This document shows positions 27,221 to 43,929 of a DNA stretch of 64,000 nucleotides, piece by piece. Each line of letters starts with the position of its first letter. Position 1 is the first letter of the stretch. A program made the position numbers and the translations under genes. The notes under the pieces are model-generated. The model saw only the letters and a program-made list of their open reading frames with translations, had not been told where the DNA came from and searched no databases. The stretch lies in NCBI RefSeq assembly GCF_009914755.1, contig NC_060927.1; one strand, 5' to 3'. The DNA comes from the human T2T-CHM13v2.0 reference genome, Homo sapiens.

Positions 27221-29292
27221 TTTTCTAAAGAAAAGACAGCATCACCCTCAGAGAGAATCCCAAGTTTCAATGTTTGGCATGACTGCTACATGTGCTTTTG
27301 GATATATGGAATAATAAAATTCTGTGGTCCCAAACAGTAGTTGCCAAGGTTGCTCAGCAATCTTGGGTCTGAAGATAGAAGGCAGAATATTAGCCCATTT
27401 GGGGACATTTTCTTAGCATTTGACCTGTCCCCAACAGACCTCAGGCTTTACTTAAAGATATGATCAGTTTTGAGACATTTCCCACTCTTGGACATATTCT
27501 CAGAATTTTAATTTTGTCCAAAGTTACCATGATCTTTTATTATTTTGCTCTGTGTATCAAGAGTTTTTCTTGGCACTTTGCTGTGCTTTTTCTATGCAGT
27601 AACTTTTATGAAGCACTTTGGTTTTGCTGTGTTGTGGGAGTCAAGACAACTGCAGGATGTCTGCCTCCCTCCAGAGCTCAGAACACGCAAGCACAGTCCC
27701 AGGCTTTTCTGAGGTAGAAGGCCTTGGGCAAGTTAGTTATCTGTTAAGACTCTTTCTTTATCTATGAAGTGAGGTGGTTAATACTTAGGTTATGAAGTCC
27801 TTCAGGGAATTAAAGGAGATAAATAGTGTCTGGCACTTAGAGGTTGCAGGCAGTGTCCCTGCTCTCATGCTCTGAATCCCATCTTTCTAACTCAACAGAA
27901 GAAACTGTTCTTTAAAGTCACTAGTGACATCCTCATCCACTAAATCCAGCGGCCGTTTCCCTGACACCTTCCTTGATCTCAATTATCCATTTGTAGTCTG
28001 TTCCTAACCCCTGAAAACTGTTGCTACACTGCACCAAGTTTCATATCCTTTCTCACGTGCTCTCATCCCTGCCTGTCTCTGTCTCTATTTTGCACCATTC
28101 TCTATTTTGCTCAGCACCCTCTGCTCTACTGGTCTCTCTTGAAAATGTCAAGCTCATTCTCACTTAATCTTTCCTTTTTCTGACCTGCCTTCCCTGCCCC
28201 CAGATCCTCCTGTGGTTGGCTGCTTCTTGCTGTGCAAGCCATGGCTCCGTTTTCATGTTCAGAGAGGTTTCCCCTGACTGCCCTCTCTCAGTTAGTGTCC
28301 TGCCCACTCACTCTAACCTGACACTTGTTGCTTTGTGTTCTGTTTGACTTTTAAATTTTTTCTAGTTTTCTTTTCATTAAAACAGTAAGATCCTCTGATG
28401 ACCAGCTAGTTACAGTAAGAGCCCTCCAAAATAGGGGTCTTAGAAGCCTGATATGAGTGAGCCGGTCCACCATGCACTGCATTACTGCATGTCAAGGGGC
28501 CTCTCTGCTGGCATGCGTTTCTTCCCCTCACAGCTCTTCTCACAGTCTCAGGTCCTCCTTTTCATTCCTTTCTTTATTGTCCTTCTCCATCTCTAGAATG
28601 GGAACTCCCAGGAATCTGGGACTTTTTCTTGTTCCTGTGAGTCCTCAGTGCCTAAAACAGTGCTTGGCAGGTAGGAGGTGTGCAATAAGTACTTGGTGAA
28701 TGGATGTGTAAAATAAAAGAGGAATGTTTCTGACATTGTGATTAAGAGTGGTCATTCACAAGAGAACTCGCAGATCATCCACAAGAGAACTCTTTGGGGC
28801 TTCTCTTTACCATCATTAAGTATTTCCAGAATAAAGAATTGCTTACCCTCTCATGGTCTGTACCACTGAAAAATACATGTCATCAGAATTACTGTGAGCA
28901 GAGAGGCTGCTTTGTTGGAATGTTGACATTTGTTTTAAGTTGGCAGTTAAATTAAGTTGTTGGATTCTTAAGTCAGTTGATCCACTTATTCATTCATCAA
29001 ATATTGATTGAGAACCTACTGTGTGCCAAGTGTTATTTTAGGCCCTGGGACCAAGTAATAAATAAGAGGACACAGGCCATGCACTCACGGAGCTTCTGTT
29101 TTCCTTGGCAGAGCAGACATGGGGCAGGGTGGTCTGAGGGTCTCCTCAGGATGGTGTGGTCTGTGCTGGTTGTGGTTGTCTTGACAGGCTGGGCCTCATG
29201 GGCAGATGGTACCTGTCAGGCAGGGAGTGTGGGGGCAACCAGGATGAACAGTTATAAGACCATTTCTAATACTTGTATTTTTTTTCTCCTAG

Positions 29293-29351
29293 GGAAAAAT
29301 TGGAAGAAAAAGCCAAATTATATGAAAAAATGACTAAAGGAGACTTTATAG
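29293..29351 (+). CDS. CCDC174: CCDC174 exon 4 (REKLEEKAKLYEKMTKGDFI)
   Basis: Long T tract plus cctag acceptor, 59 nt, G|gtaaat donor; phase 2-1 fits both neighbours. Confidence 0.95.
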
Positions 29352-29826
29352 GTAAATAAAATTTGTTATTTCTACTTCATTTTCTATAATGCATACAGCC
29401 CTTTGATATTACATTACTTGTTAAAATAACTGTAGGAGTAGAGAGAAAATTTAGACGTCAAAATTTTACTTTCCATGGCTGCACAGAGACAAGAAAATCA
29501 GCAATAATTTACCAATTGTCTAGTGGGTGCCTGGCAGCATGTTAGGTGCCTGGAAGGGACAAACAAGTACTGGAAGCCAGATCCTCTGTCTCTGCCCTCA
29601 AGGCAGGGTCATCTGGTGGAGGAAAATGACACAGAACAAAGCAAAGTTAGGGAACAATGTCTGAGTAGGCCGCAATTACCTACAATTACAGCTGTGCTAA
29701 AACAGGGTGGGTTGGGCTGGGTGGAATTGTGGTTCTGTTAGGTGCTAGAGTTATGTTTCTTCTTTCCCTATTTTCCCTCTATTTTCAATTTTTTTTCTGT
29801 GCTGTGCTTATAATTGCTTTAAATCT

Positions 29827-30140
29827 GTTTGGGTGTAGTGGCTTACGCTTGTAATTCCAGCACTTTGGGAGGCCAAGGCAGGCAGATCACCTGATGGCAG
29901 GAGTTTGAGACCAGCCCGGGCAACATGGTGAGACTCTGTCTCTACAAAAAGTAATTTAAAAATTAGCTGGACATGGTGGTTCATGCCTATAGTCCCATTA
30001 TTTAGGAGCCTGAGGCTTGAGCTCAGGACTTTGAGATTACAGTGAGCTGTTGATCATGCCACTGCATCCTCGGTGCAGTAAGCTATGATCCAGCCTGGGT
30101 GACAGAGTGTGACCCTATCTCTAAAAAAAAAACAAAAAAC
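29827..30140 (+). mobile_element. AluJ-like
   Basis: Diverged dimeric Alu with an A tail. Confidence 0.85.
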
Positions 30141-30645
30141 TCCCTTTTCTCATATCCCCCAGAAAAAACCCAATCCATAATTAGACAACAGTAGAAGAGA
30201 TTTTATGAGGCAGGGAAAGTGAATATGTAATCAGGGAAGTCTTTTGGGAGAAGTTGGGCTTAGCTTTGGCAAGCTGGAGAAAGGGATCCTGCAGGGGTAG
30301 ATTGGTAAGCAGACCAGCTGAGGAGGGCAGGGCCAGAGGTCAACAGAGTCACCTAGCCTAGCATGGCTGGGGCCCAGGTACAGTAGGAGAGAGGCCAGGC
30401 TGGTCCTAGGTCCCTGACCGCTTCTTCCCAGACAGCAGGGGCACTTTCCCTGTATAGCAGGAGCCTGGCACAGGAAGGTCAGACACTCAACAAAGCTAGG
30501 TACTGTGGGAGAGGTTTTGCCTTCTTCCTGAAGGGGCAGCAGGATGGCCGCCTACCAGGAGGCCTCACTAGCCTATGGCCTTATAACTCAGACATTTCCT
30601 CTCCATTTCAGGTATTTCATGGTTTTAAAAAATAAGTTTATTTCA

Positions 30646-30945
<300 letters not shown>

Positions 30946-31925
30946 TTATTTTATTAAAGTCTTTTCTGTTTTGATTCAAACTTTACTTATATTGTTAATA
31001 TAGAAATCAGGTCCAAAGGAGTGTGAAGGTAGAGACCTGGTTTTGTCAAAGCCAGCAAGCCTACCTCCTGATAGATATGTCAGACCTGCAAGTTTGGGCA
31101 AGTTATATTTTGGAGCCTCAGTTTTTCTTCACCCTAAGGTGGGGAAAACACCACCCCTGGTAATAGGGAGCTTAATGTGGGTTCAATGTAGCTTAATCTC
31201 TGTCATCAGAGAAAAAGACTCAAATGACTGTGTCCTAAATCCAGCATAGTGAAACTTTAGGTATACATTATTTGTGCTACATGAGCTATCCTGGGTTAAA
31301 TTAGGTAAGTCATGGATTGTTATTTAACTTTCAGTGTGTGTTTTAGCTCCTCGAGTGGACCATAAGCCCTGCAGGCAGAGGGTGTCTTGCATATCTGTAT
31401 ATGCCCTGCAGGGCCGGGCTCTATGCCTTGCCTGGAATTGGTGTTCATTGGCTTGACAAGAACTCAGATGACTTCTTTTACCTGTATTATGACCTTTAAA
31501 ACACTTACCATACCACAGCAGTATAATCAGGGTTAGTGATCCAGCCCACATGGTGAGACAGATATATAACACCTAAAGCAAGAAGTTCTACTGTCCTGAT
31601 CTGATGACACGGAAAATGCAGTTTTGCTTCCGTATGATGTAATTGGTTGGATGAGTTGCATAAAATCAGACTGTTGTGTTATCTTAAAATGACATTCTAA
31701 GATGGTTTTGCTCACTCAGGTAGTGTATTGATGAGGCAATAGAAAACTTTAGGCTTTTTCAAGATTTTTTTTGTGTAGTATATGTCAGTTCCCAAGGTAG
31801 CTGTGTGTCTTTGTAAACATTTGGGGAGTGGAGGCATTGGCTGATGAGCTGTCAGGGGTGATGGGGCCACCAGGCAATGAATGTGACTGCTTCTTGTCAA
31901 TTCCATGTGTGATTTTCCTTTTTGA

Positions 31926-32249
<324 letters not shown>

Positions 32250-33357
32250 TGAGACTTCCCTTTAAGTTAGGTTGGATTAGGTTATTATAGTTGTAAAAAC
32301 AGTAGCTCAAATGAAGACATAATTACAATAATTACATATAATTACAAATACTGACTGGGCTTCTGCTGTGTGCCCAGCTCTGTGCCAGGCCGAAGGAAAC
32401 CCAGTGCCTGGCAGACTTGGCTTGCCTGGCTCACTAACATGAAACAGTGAGGGCAGAGCGCCTTCCTTTTGTACCTGTGCTGCTGCCTTACCCGTGTTCT
32501 TGTTCTGACATGGTGGAGAGCTGTCATCTAGGAGAAGGAAGCCGGCAGAGGTGGCACAGTGTGTTTTACTCCGCCTGTGACATTGTTTGGCACTGTGGTG
32601 TGGACTCGTGGGCCTTGGATGGTTCCATCTGCACCTTTTACTGGCTGTATGATCTTAATCAGGTTCCTTAGTCTTTGAGGCTCAGGATCTTCCATTATAA
32701 AATAGAGATTATAATGCCTCATTCCCATGGCCCTTTGCTTTAACACCCCCCCACCCCCCTTCAAGAAGTGAGTGTTCCAGGCTACACAAGAAAGTGCAGC
32801 CTGTGGAGTATAAGCAGGCATTTTGTAAACTTTTATTATTGTCATTTTCCTGAATTTTGCCTATATGTAGATGAATGATAGAAGAACCAAACTCGTCTTT
32901 TCCTTAAAGAGACTTTGTATCAATAAGTAGAGAGACCAGAATGGGAATTCTGTTACAATGATTTTTTTCTACCTAAGATATTATTGTTTGGAAACTGTTC
33001 AGCAGTGCTTGAAATTGCTGAGAGCTGTACTGATGCTCTGACAATTTCCTGGGAACCCATCCTCTTGCCTTTGGGATTCTTCTTATCCTCCTTTCAAGGC
33101 TCAAATGTCCTCCTTGTGGTGGGCATTTGTTAGGAACTGCTCGGGACTCTTTGTAGCAGGCGTTCATCTTTTGTCAGCCTTTGGCCTTGTGGGCAGTCAT
33201 TGATGAGCTGAAGAGAGCAGTCCCAGCTACTGTGGATGGCAGAGAAACTGCATCTTCATTCTACTGAGGGTGTCCATGTTGGTTTAGAAATAACATTCTC
33301 ATTGGGATAAAACAGGTATCTTTTTACCTACTTTCTTAAAAACTTAGATCTAAATAG

Positions 33358-33721
<364 letters not shown>

Positions 33722-35389
33722 TATCATTTCTAATGTCTAAGTGATTGCTCCCTCATCTGAAGTCAGGTAGCACTTAATATACTTCCTGCTCTTCGGGTAT
33801 TACCTTTTATTTATTACTGACACATACTAGGCCTCATTATCAGAAAAAGATTTTAGCAAACTTTTGGTAGTCTTTACGTACCCAGTGTTGTTAATAAGCG
33901 TTTCATGGGTGTGTGCCTTAACTTCCCTAGACCCTTGGAAGATGGCATGGCTGTTAGCCCTCTTGTATTACTCTCCTTGCCTGGGGAAAGCTTTGTTTGC
34001 CTGCAGGGGTTGCTCAGTGGGTGATTGCTGATTAGATGGAGCCGTGGCTGACTACTGTCTTGCCTCTTCTATTTAATGAGATCTGTATGTTTTGGAGGCC
34101 TTCTCCAGAAACAGAATGGTCTATGATTGCTTTTCATAGCAGAAATCTCATCTCCTTTGAAAGGTCTAATGTCTTTTTAAAAATTTTTGCTTATTAATGC
34201 CTGTGTGATTACAAGCAATTTGCTAGTGATTTGAAGAGTTTGGAGGGCAATTGAAGGTGTCACATGCCACCATATGGTGAAGGAAGACGCTCTGCAAGCA
34301 GTTCTGACACATTTTTTTGTTTTTAAATTAAGCTCCAGAATTGTAATTGCTTGTAAAATCCTTTTGATAGTTAAATTCCAGGTGGTAGAAAATCTTTCCG
34401 TAAAGATACTGTAAATAATTACACAGACCATCTGGCTAGATGGTTTTCTTCCCCCATCCATTTGGGGGGAAAAAAAGGAAGAAAGAAACTGCTTGCTGCA
34501 GTTGGAGGTTTTATTTCTTGTGATAATCAGCTTCAGTACTAGAGTAAACACTCAGTTTTTAAATCACAACTAACAATTGAAATCAGCATTGCTTGAGAGG
34601 AAAAAAAATTGCTAACAAAAGCAAAGCCACATACCTGCCAAATCTGACCTTGAATTGGTCTGCCAGCTAGTACTTATTGGACCTTACTGTGTATTCGGTA
34701 CCCTGCTAAAGGCTCTAGGAGGTTCTCTGCCCATAATTTAAAAAGTAAAATATCTGTTGCGTCATAATACAAATGAGATGTTTTTCATGAACATCTGTCC
34801 GTATTTTCCATTGTAGGAAGTCAGAATATTTCACTTTGCCTTGCTATCTGCCTGGCTTAGCTGTCTGACCACTGTCTAGTTTGAGCAAAGATGAGGAGAG
34901 AGGTATGGTGTTTGGCTTCCTCCTAATTAAGAAGAGTCCAACTCTGAAAAATACTGTGCATTTCTTACATTAAGAGTTTGCTAATACATTGGGTAGAATT
35001 ATACCAATTAGAGGAAATAAGAGAAAGAATAAAAAGTCAGACTTGAAGACTGTGAGGAAATGAGCAAGTTGAGAATCTCAGGCACAAGGCAAAGTTATTA
35101 AGATACTGATAAAATGTCTGGAATTGTCTCAACTAGGTTAAAGTAAGTTCGTAGATGCTGCAGCAAAATTCCGTGTGGGTGATTTATCTGTGAGATCAAA
35201 GGCATAAATGATCAAAATTATTGTTAACAGTTTCTAAAACTAATATTTAATAAGGGGCACAATGAGCTTATTGTGTGTCAGCTTTAAAAAGCATATTCCT
35301 ATCAGTGGTAGTGGTCTCTGAGGTTGGGGGCTCTTCTTGGTAGTGAGGCCTATCTTCCCCCTTCACTGTTCACCTACTCCCTGACTTAG

Positions 35390-35539
<150 letters not shown>

Positions 35540-35653
35540 TAAGTGTGTGTGGTATACAGAGCTCTGCCAAGGTCTGAAATGCAGCCACAGGGATTGTTTT
35601 GTGAGGGGAGGCTGTTTTATAATTAATGATCTCTGTTGCTCCAGTAAGGAGAT

Positions 35654-35681
35654 ATTGATTGATTGATTGATTGATTGATTG
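35654..35681. repeat. (ATTG)7 microsatellite
   Basis: Read directly from the sequence. Confidence 0.95.
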
Positions 35682-35977
35682 GAGCACTTTTTAGTGGTTA
35701 GCATGCACATACACACATAATCCACACTTGGGGAACAACCTGACTGGTGGATGAGTAGAGCTGTCTCTTTTACTTGGAAGGATGTCTGACAACAGAGTAA
35801 CAGAATAAACCCAAACGAAACCAGCAAACCAGGCTTTGTGGAGACAAGTGGTTTGAGAATATACACTTGATTATCCCACAAACAAGTGGCTCCAGGGAGA
35901 GAACTTACTCACTTTTTCTTTATGTATCATTGCATTTTTGAAGTAAGGGCCTTATAACTAGATTTTTCAGCAGGGCC

Positions 35978-36031
35978 TAAGACCTAAGACATAACTCTAA
36001 AACGTAAGACCTAAGAGATAACTCTGAAACA
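35978..36031. repeat. 27-bp tandem duplication
   Basis: taagacctaagacataactctaaaacg / taagacctaagagataactctgaaaca. Confidence 0.9.
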
Positions 36032-36167
36032 TCCAGGGGAATAAATTCCTCTTACCATAGGAACTTTTATGTGAAAAGTGTTGGGAGAAACTCCACCTTG
36101 TCCAAGTCCTGCAGGTTCAGGCATCCAGCACATAGCCTTTGGCTTGGCATAAGAAAGGGAGAATGGA

Positions 36168-36483
36168 GGCTGGGCGCGGTGGCTCACGCCTGTAATCCCA
36201 GCACTTTGGGAGGCCGAGGCGGGCGGATCACAAGGTTAGGAGTTCGAGATCATCCTGGCTAGCACAGTAAAACCCCGTCTCTACTGAAAATACAAAAAAA
36301 AAAAAAATTAGCCAGGTGTGGTTGCGGCCGCCTGTAGTCCCAGCTACTCAGGAGGCTGAGGCAGGAGAATGGCGTGAACCCAGGAGGCAGAGCCTGCAGT
36401 GAGCCAAGATGACGCCACTGCACTCCAGTCTGGGCTACAGAGCGAGACTCCGTCTCAAAAAAAAAAAAAAAAAAAGAAAGAAA
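36168..36483 (+). mobile_element. AluY-like
   Basis: gagaatggcgtgaaccc diagnostic; TSD aagaaagggagaatgga. Confidence 0.9.
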
Positions 36484-36721
36484 GGGAGAATGGAAACCTT
36501 TGAGCCTCTCAGGGCCCAGCCATCTGCAAGGACAGGAGACACCACTCAGGCCACAGTGCTAAGCAGTTTTCATGTCCCCAGATGAGAGACCATCCACAGG
36601 AGGAGACCCAGAGTTCCTCCTCCCTGCCTGGGCCACCTCCCATCTGGTCAGCCCAGGACCTGGGTGGAAGGAAAGTTTTTTGTCTTGAGTGCTCAGGCAA
36701 GATTCCGTCAGGCTAAGGTAA

Positions 36722-37062
<341 letters not shown>

Positions 37063-37196
37063 TTATTGATTTTCCAGCAGTCTTGTGGGTCAGAAGCCTC
37101 TGTAGTTCCCTGTTTTCTTTATCAAATAGTGTTACTTATGCATGATGCAACTGACTGTACTTAAACACTGATATCTCAATCCTTATCTGAAGATAG

Positions 37197-37400
<204 letters not shown>

Positions 37401-37822
37401 TAACCTTAAACTGATGGCAAACATAAAGGGAAGTATTCATAAAGCAATAGCTTTTACATGGAAATTAAAGATCCTGCTTTGGAAATAGAAAATATCTCCT
37501 TTGTTCACTTCATAGCCTTAAAATACTCACATTTGGGAATATCTTCCTGACAGAGGGTCTGGTAATCCAAGGGATTGTTCCCTGAGAGAAGTGGAGACAG
37601 CCCATGGCTGAAAGCAAACGAACCCTTGTTATGCTTCCCTTGGCAAACAGGACGAAAACTTGGTCTAACTTTTGTGTTTCTTTGGTTTTTTGTTTCTTCG
37701 CTTAGCTGTTTTCTTTTTCTTTTTAAAACTTGTGCCAAATATCACTGTGTTTCTTTTTGCTTTGGTAGGAAATGTGGCTTGAGTGTAGTTGAATGATCAG
37801 GACAGTCTGATCTTTTGGGTAA

Positions 37823-37951
<129 letters not shown>

Positions 37952-38451
37952 TGACTGTGAGGAAAGATGTGAGCGCTTGGTTTCTTGCTGGACCATACTG
38001 CAGAAAAATCTAGTAAATTAGTTAGAAATTAAAATTGATATTCAGAATTGCATAAAGGTAGTTGCCATACTATTTTTGTGTTTCAAATTTTATAACTGCT
38101 CACAAGTAACCTGTGTAACTTTGATGTTTTAAATCTGGTCCCAAATGTGGTACTTTTGGGGTGGCTTGGATGGGAAAATAGAAAGTTACTTAAAGGATTA
38201 AGGTGTAGGACGGAATGGGTTGGTTTTCTTGAGTGTTAAGGCTTGCAAGATGCTCTGTGAACTCTTATGAAACTTTGTAAGACATCAGAGGGTTCATAGG
38301 AGAGTACTTCATAGGGCTTCATTGTGAGGATCTCAAGGACAGCTTCTTAGAGGTGGCCTGAAGATCAATTAACTAGTCTATTTTTAGAAGAAAATTTCAT
38401 CTTTTTGGACAGGAATATTGCAAATTTGGCTTCAAGCAAATAATTTTCTGA

Positions 38452-38616
<165 letters not shown>

Positions 38617-39109
38617 TGAACTTCAAAAGGGAAAATTTTATTTCCATTGATGTCTTGCTAATAGGGCTGGCAATGTGAAAATTAGCCATTTAGTTTTATA
38701 TTTAAGCAAACAGTATACCTTTGAGGTACTGGCAGGAGCAATTTTTATAACCAAAGTGATGCAGAATGACATTCAATATTTTTAGGCTATAGATGAGGAT
38801 ATGAAGCAACAATACATTGTGTTGCATCTTAGAATGGCATAGGCTTGTAATTGAGACTTAGTAAAGAGATATTTTAAGATAAAGTTTAGCTTTGCATATA
38901 TATGTTTTAGACTTAAATTTTTTGCTATTGGTTATTTTATATATATATTTAAAGAAATTTATATTCATAAAGTTACATAGTAAAAGAATTTAGAAATATG
39001 AATATCGACAGCTTGCCAAAGCTTACCAAAGAACTGTGCTCCAGAAGTTGGTGATGTGGAACTTGGAGCACGGTTCCCCTTGGAAACACTGTTAAATGCT
39101 GTCAGACTA

Positions 39110-39620
39110 GCTTATTGCATGAGTTGTGGTAGTACAGGCTAAATTGCCATCAATCTAGAGACTCCTACATAGAATGGCTCAAACAAAATAGAGATCTGTT
39201 TCTCTACTTAACAACTTGGAGGTAGGTGGGTGAGTGGGTATCCAGGGCATGTGAGTAGCTCTGCCCTAGATGGTCATCTAGTCCCAGGCTTCCTCCAGGC
39301 TTGCTGTTTCTGCCATTTCCTAGAGTATTTTTCTCTTCTGCATAGTCAAAGCTTGCTCCCCTGCTCACCTGTTCATGATCCAGCCTAGGGGTAGGCAGGG
39401 AGACTGGGAAGGGGAGCCACCTTCCTTTTTAGAGATGTGAGTGGGAAGTTACATACAGCCTATGCATTTACATCCTGCTGGCCAGAGCTCAGTCCTGTGG
39501 GCCACACCTCACTGTAGGAGAAGCTGGGAAATGGCCTCTCCAGCAAGGTGGCCACATGCTCAGCTGCAACCGGGGGGCATTCTGCTACCCAAAGGAAAAG
39601 GAGGAGTGTGGGTATGAAGG
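39110..39620 (-). mobile_element. Old MLT1 (J-like) LTR
   Basis: tggctcaaacaaaatagag...ggccagagctcagtcctgtgggccacacc...gctgggaaatg. Confidence 0.55.
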
Positions 39621-40318
39621 GACGTATAGCTCTCCAGCTCTCACAAAGCTTATGTGAAGCCATGGGCCATTTCCTAATGTCTGAACAAAACAGACCAGAA
39701 ACATTTAGGAATTTGAAAACCATCTGTTTAGTTTCAGATAAATGCTCGCTCTATAACATGTTAAGCTGTGCAGATTGTTTCTCAAATTTTGCTCCATCTC
39801 CTGAACATCTGTCATGTCCAGAAAATGTGAAGCGCCACCACAGTGTTTTTTAAAAATCCATTTTTCTTTTACATTTTAAAAATGTGACCAAAATTGAACA
39901 GCCTACACCAGACCCCAGCTGTTCATCCCCTTGGCTCTGCTTGCTTCGCCTGAGATTGTGATGTTAGTTGAGTGATTTGGGGATTTCTGGTCCTGCAATT
40001 GCCAGTTTGGAGAAGCAGAGTGGCATAGTGAGGGGCACAGAGACTAAAATCCATCCAGCCCAGCCCAGGACTCCAGCCCGTATCACTTTCTACCTGTGTA
40101 CCATTTCTGAGCTTAATTTTCCCCCTCTATAAAATGGGGATAATATGGAAGTATTGAATTTATTAGGATTGTTACAAGAATTAAATGACCTGTTGTATAC
40201 AAAAGACTTAATCCACTGCCTGGGACATGTTAGGTACTTCATAAATACTGATGGTTACTTTTACTTTCAGGATTAGCATGTTCTGTATTTTTAAAAATAG
40301 CTTTAGGCTTTTTTATAA

Positions 40319-40516
<198 letters not shown>

Positions 40517-41286
40517 TGAGGTGTAAGAACTCTCCAGTGAATGGAAAATGGTTTTTTTTCTAGAAGCACTTGGGGTAAGTTTTAACTTCGTGCTGCCTTG
40601 TGTGGTTTTACAGCTTTGGAATGCCATTTCTCAGGACCTGCCTTTAAAGTATTATGAAAGTTTGGTGTTCTCATATGCTCTGTTTTTAGCAGCCTCTTTT
40701 ATGTTCAGTTGAAAATGGTCTACATGCCAGTGTACTAACCTGGATTCACACATGGTTCCATTGGGGAATTTCCCTGGACATTTTTTCTGTAAATTCTCCA
40801 GAGTGTCCACAGCAGCCTCTCTGGAAGACTATGGTTTATGCCTCTTTGAAAAAGATCATTTCAGTAGAACATTAGCCCATGCTGTCTGAGCTGATAAGAT
40901 CCAAAGCTAAAGTAAGAGAAATGCAAGAGCCACTGTTAGAAATAGAGATGAAATACCAGACAAGGTTGGACAGTTCCCTTTTGTGTCTTCCAAAACTCAA
41001 TAAAGGACAAAATTTGTATTTTGGTATGAAATACCTACAATGTCATGTCAAGCAGATAATTTGTCTGTATTTCTCTTTTTCTGTATTTCCCCATCTAGAG
41101 ATAGTCACTCCCTTTTCTTAGCCTGGTCTTTTATACTCGTTGTAGGTATTACTTATACCTTGTAATATAGTTTTGCTGTTGCCATTCTTATTCTTTGGAT
41201 AATTTGTGGTGGCTTTTAAGAAATATATGATACAATTAGATAATAGTAACAATAAATTCAACTGATTCGTTAATCAGTTCTAATAA

Positions 41287-41607
<321 letters not shown>

Positions 41608-43075
41608 TCTTTCAAAGCACGCTGACTTGGGTTTGTACTTTGACAGTGCCTTTCTCTCCCAGAGGGAGAAATAACTTTAGGAACTGAATTGTACCTTTGT
41701 CCTGTCCTTTCCCTAGGAGGCACAGACTTCGGGTTGGATTTGTCAGCAAGGAGGAAAGTTATGGAAACTTTGGCCACTTGGCTGTTCATTTTATTCTAAG
41801 TGGGATAGGGACATACCTACCTGGATTTACATGTGAGCTGCGATAGAATAGAAGTATTTATTCTGTAAAATTAGACACTGAGATGTGCTTATAACCCTGT
41901 TTCATATCTACTCCCACGACTTACTCATATTTAAGGGTTCTTTTCCATTCCTTTTGCAAATCCGAGCATGCAGGTGTCTTTATTCCAAGGGTTCAGCTTC
42001 CAGATCAGCCGATGGACCATAGGTCACGAGGAATTTCTCCCTGTCAAGCAGTGGAAAACTGCATGGGAGGCAAAATGCTCTGTTCTCCAAGAGGACCCGG
42101 AAGTAATCACATAGGAAATGATAAGGAAGACCAGGAGGAGCTCTTCGTAGTCCAGAAAGGTAGAAGTGGGAGTTGTTTACTTAATTTTACTGTCATACCA
42201 TGCTATTACCTACACTCCTGTGTGCAGTGGGCATTCAGTAAATGTGTGTTGAAGGACTGGGACGTACGTGGAGGCTGCTGGACCTGGTCAGAGACTGATG
42301 TGCCTTAGCGGCAATGGTTAGAGCTTTTCAGTGCATCCCACCTCCCTGTCGCCCCCATGCTCGGCTTCCTCACATTCAGGAGCCTGACTTGGATCAGACT
42401 TGGGGCTGCACAGTGGAGCAGGTGGGTTCCCATGTCATTAGTAATAAGGAGAGGGTTGGGGGTGGGCAGGGCTCCAGAAAGTCAGCAGTGTGCCTGGGCA
42501 CCCACCCCATCCTCTACCTGCCACACCTCAGAGGGTTCCTACAGCTGCACACAAGCAGTTGAGAGTTGATGACCAGGCCCATAGGGCTCCCACAGCTGGT
42601 TCCCAGGCCAGTGAGTGCTGTGAGAATACAGTAGCACAAGTCCTTGTTCTCTGAAGAGTGGGAAGGAGAGGAGTGAGTGAAGTAGCCTGTCCCCTGCAGG
42701 TCCTCTGCGATGGCATTGTCTCGGTTCCCGCAGTGCTGCAGTGTGGAAGGGAGTGCCCCATCCTCATTACAGATGACACACTGGAGTGTGGAGGGGTCGA
42801 TGACTTGTGCAGGGTCATATGGTACCTAAGGGGCAGATCTCAGACTTAAACACAATTGATGTCTAACCCCTAGACAGTCTTTTTAGTGCCCTCTGCTCTC
42901 AGTCTTGTTGCCCTAGTATCAAGCAATCTTAGACAAACATCCTGAATTCTTACAAACTTACCTCTAAACTCTGAGGATAAAGTTGCCAGTCCTTTTAATG
43001 GTCAGCCTAATCATTCTGTCAGCCTAATCGGGTAATTGCTTTTTTTAATAAATACACATAAAAACCAACTAACCC
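41608..43075 (+). other. CCDC174: CCDC174 3' UTR (end approximate)
   Basis: Continues after the stop codon up to AATAAA at 43047-43052. Confidence 0.7.
43047..43052 (+). terminator. CCDC174: Polyadenylation signal AATAAA of CCDC174
   Basis: Canonical hexamer preceded by a U run, ~1.44 kb after the stop and just before an L1 fragment. Confidence 0.7.
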
Positions 43076-43084
43076 AGCTGCCTT

Positions 43085-43500
43085 TTTTGCAGAAATTGAC
43101 AAGCTAATCTTAAAATTCACATGGAAATGCAAGGAACCCAGAATAGTCAAAACAATCTAGAGAAAAAACAAAGAGGACTCACACTTCCTGATTTCAAGAT
43201 TGACCACAAAGCTACGATAATCTACACAGTGTGGTAGTGGCATAAGAATAGACACATAGATCAGTGGAATAGAGGCGAGAGTCCAGAAATAAAACATATA
43301 TCCGTGGTCAATTGATTTTTGACAGTGGTGCCAGGACCATCCAGTGGGGAAAGAGCAGTCTTTTCAACAAATGGTTCTGGGACAAGTGAATATTCCATGC
43401 AAAAGAATGGGTTTGGACTTCTGCCTCACACCACATACAAAAAATCAACTCACGATGAATCAAAGACCTAAATGTAAGAGCTAAAACTACAAAACCTACT
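43085..43500 (+). mobile_element. L1 ORF2 fragment
   Basis: gaaattgacaagctaatcttaaaattcacatggaaatgcaagg...gtcttttcaacaaatggt. Confidence 0.85.
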
Positions 43501-43627
43501 GAAACAGCTTGTAGGATAAAGAGGGAGGAGACAAAAAGAAAAATTGGAATACTAAAAAGAAAAATAGAATTATTAGACATGCTAGAATCATAGGAAAAAT
43601 AGAAAAAAGAAAGGGTAGAAAGAAAAC

Positions 43628-43929
43628 AGCTGGGCACGGTGGCTCACGCCTGTAATCCCAGCACTTTGGGAGGCCAAGGCGGGCGGATCACGAGGTCAGG
43701 AGATCGAGACCATCCTGGCTAACACGGTGAAACCCTGTCTCTACTAAAAATACAAAAAATTAGCCAGGCGTGGTGGCGGGTGCCTGTGGTCCCAGCTACT
43801 CAGGAGGCTGAGGCAGGAGAATGGCATGAACCCAGGAGGCGGAGCTTGCAGTAAGCCAAGATCGCGCCACTGCACTCTAGCCTGGGCAACAAGAGCAAGG
43901 CTGTGTCTCAAAAAAAAAAAAAAAAAAAA
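43628..43929 (+). mobile_element. AluY
   Basis: gagatcgagaccatcctggctaacacggtgaaaccc diagnostic. Confidence 0.92.
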
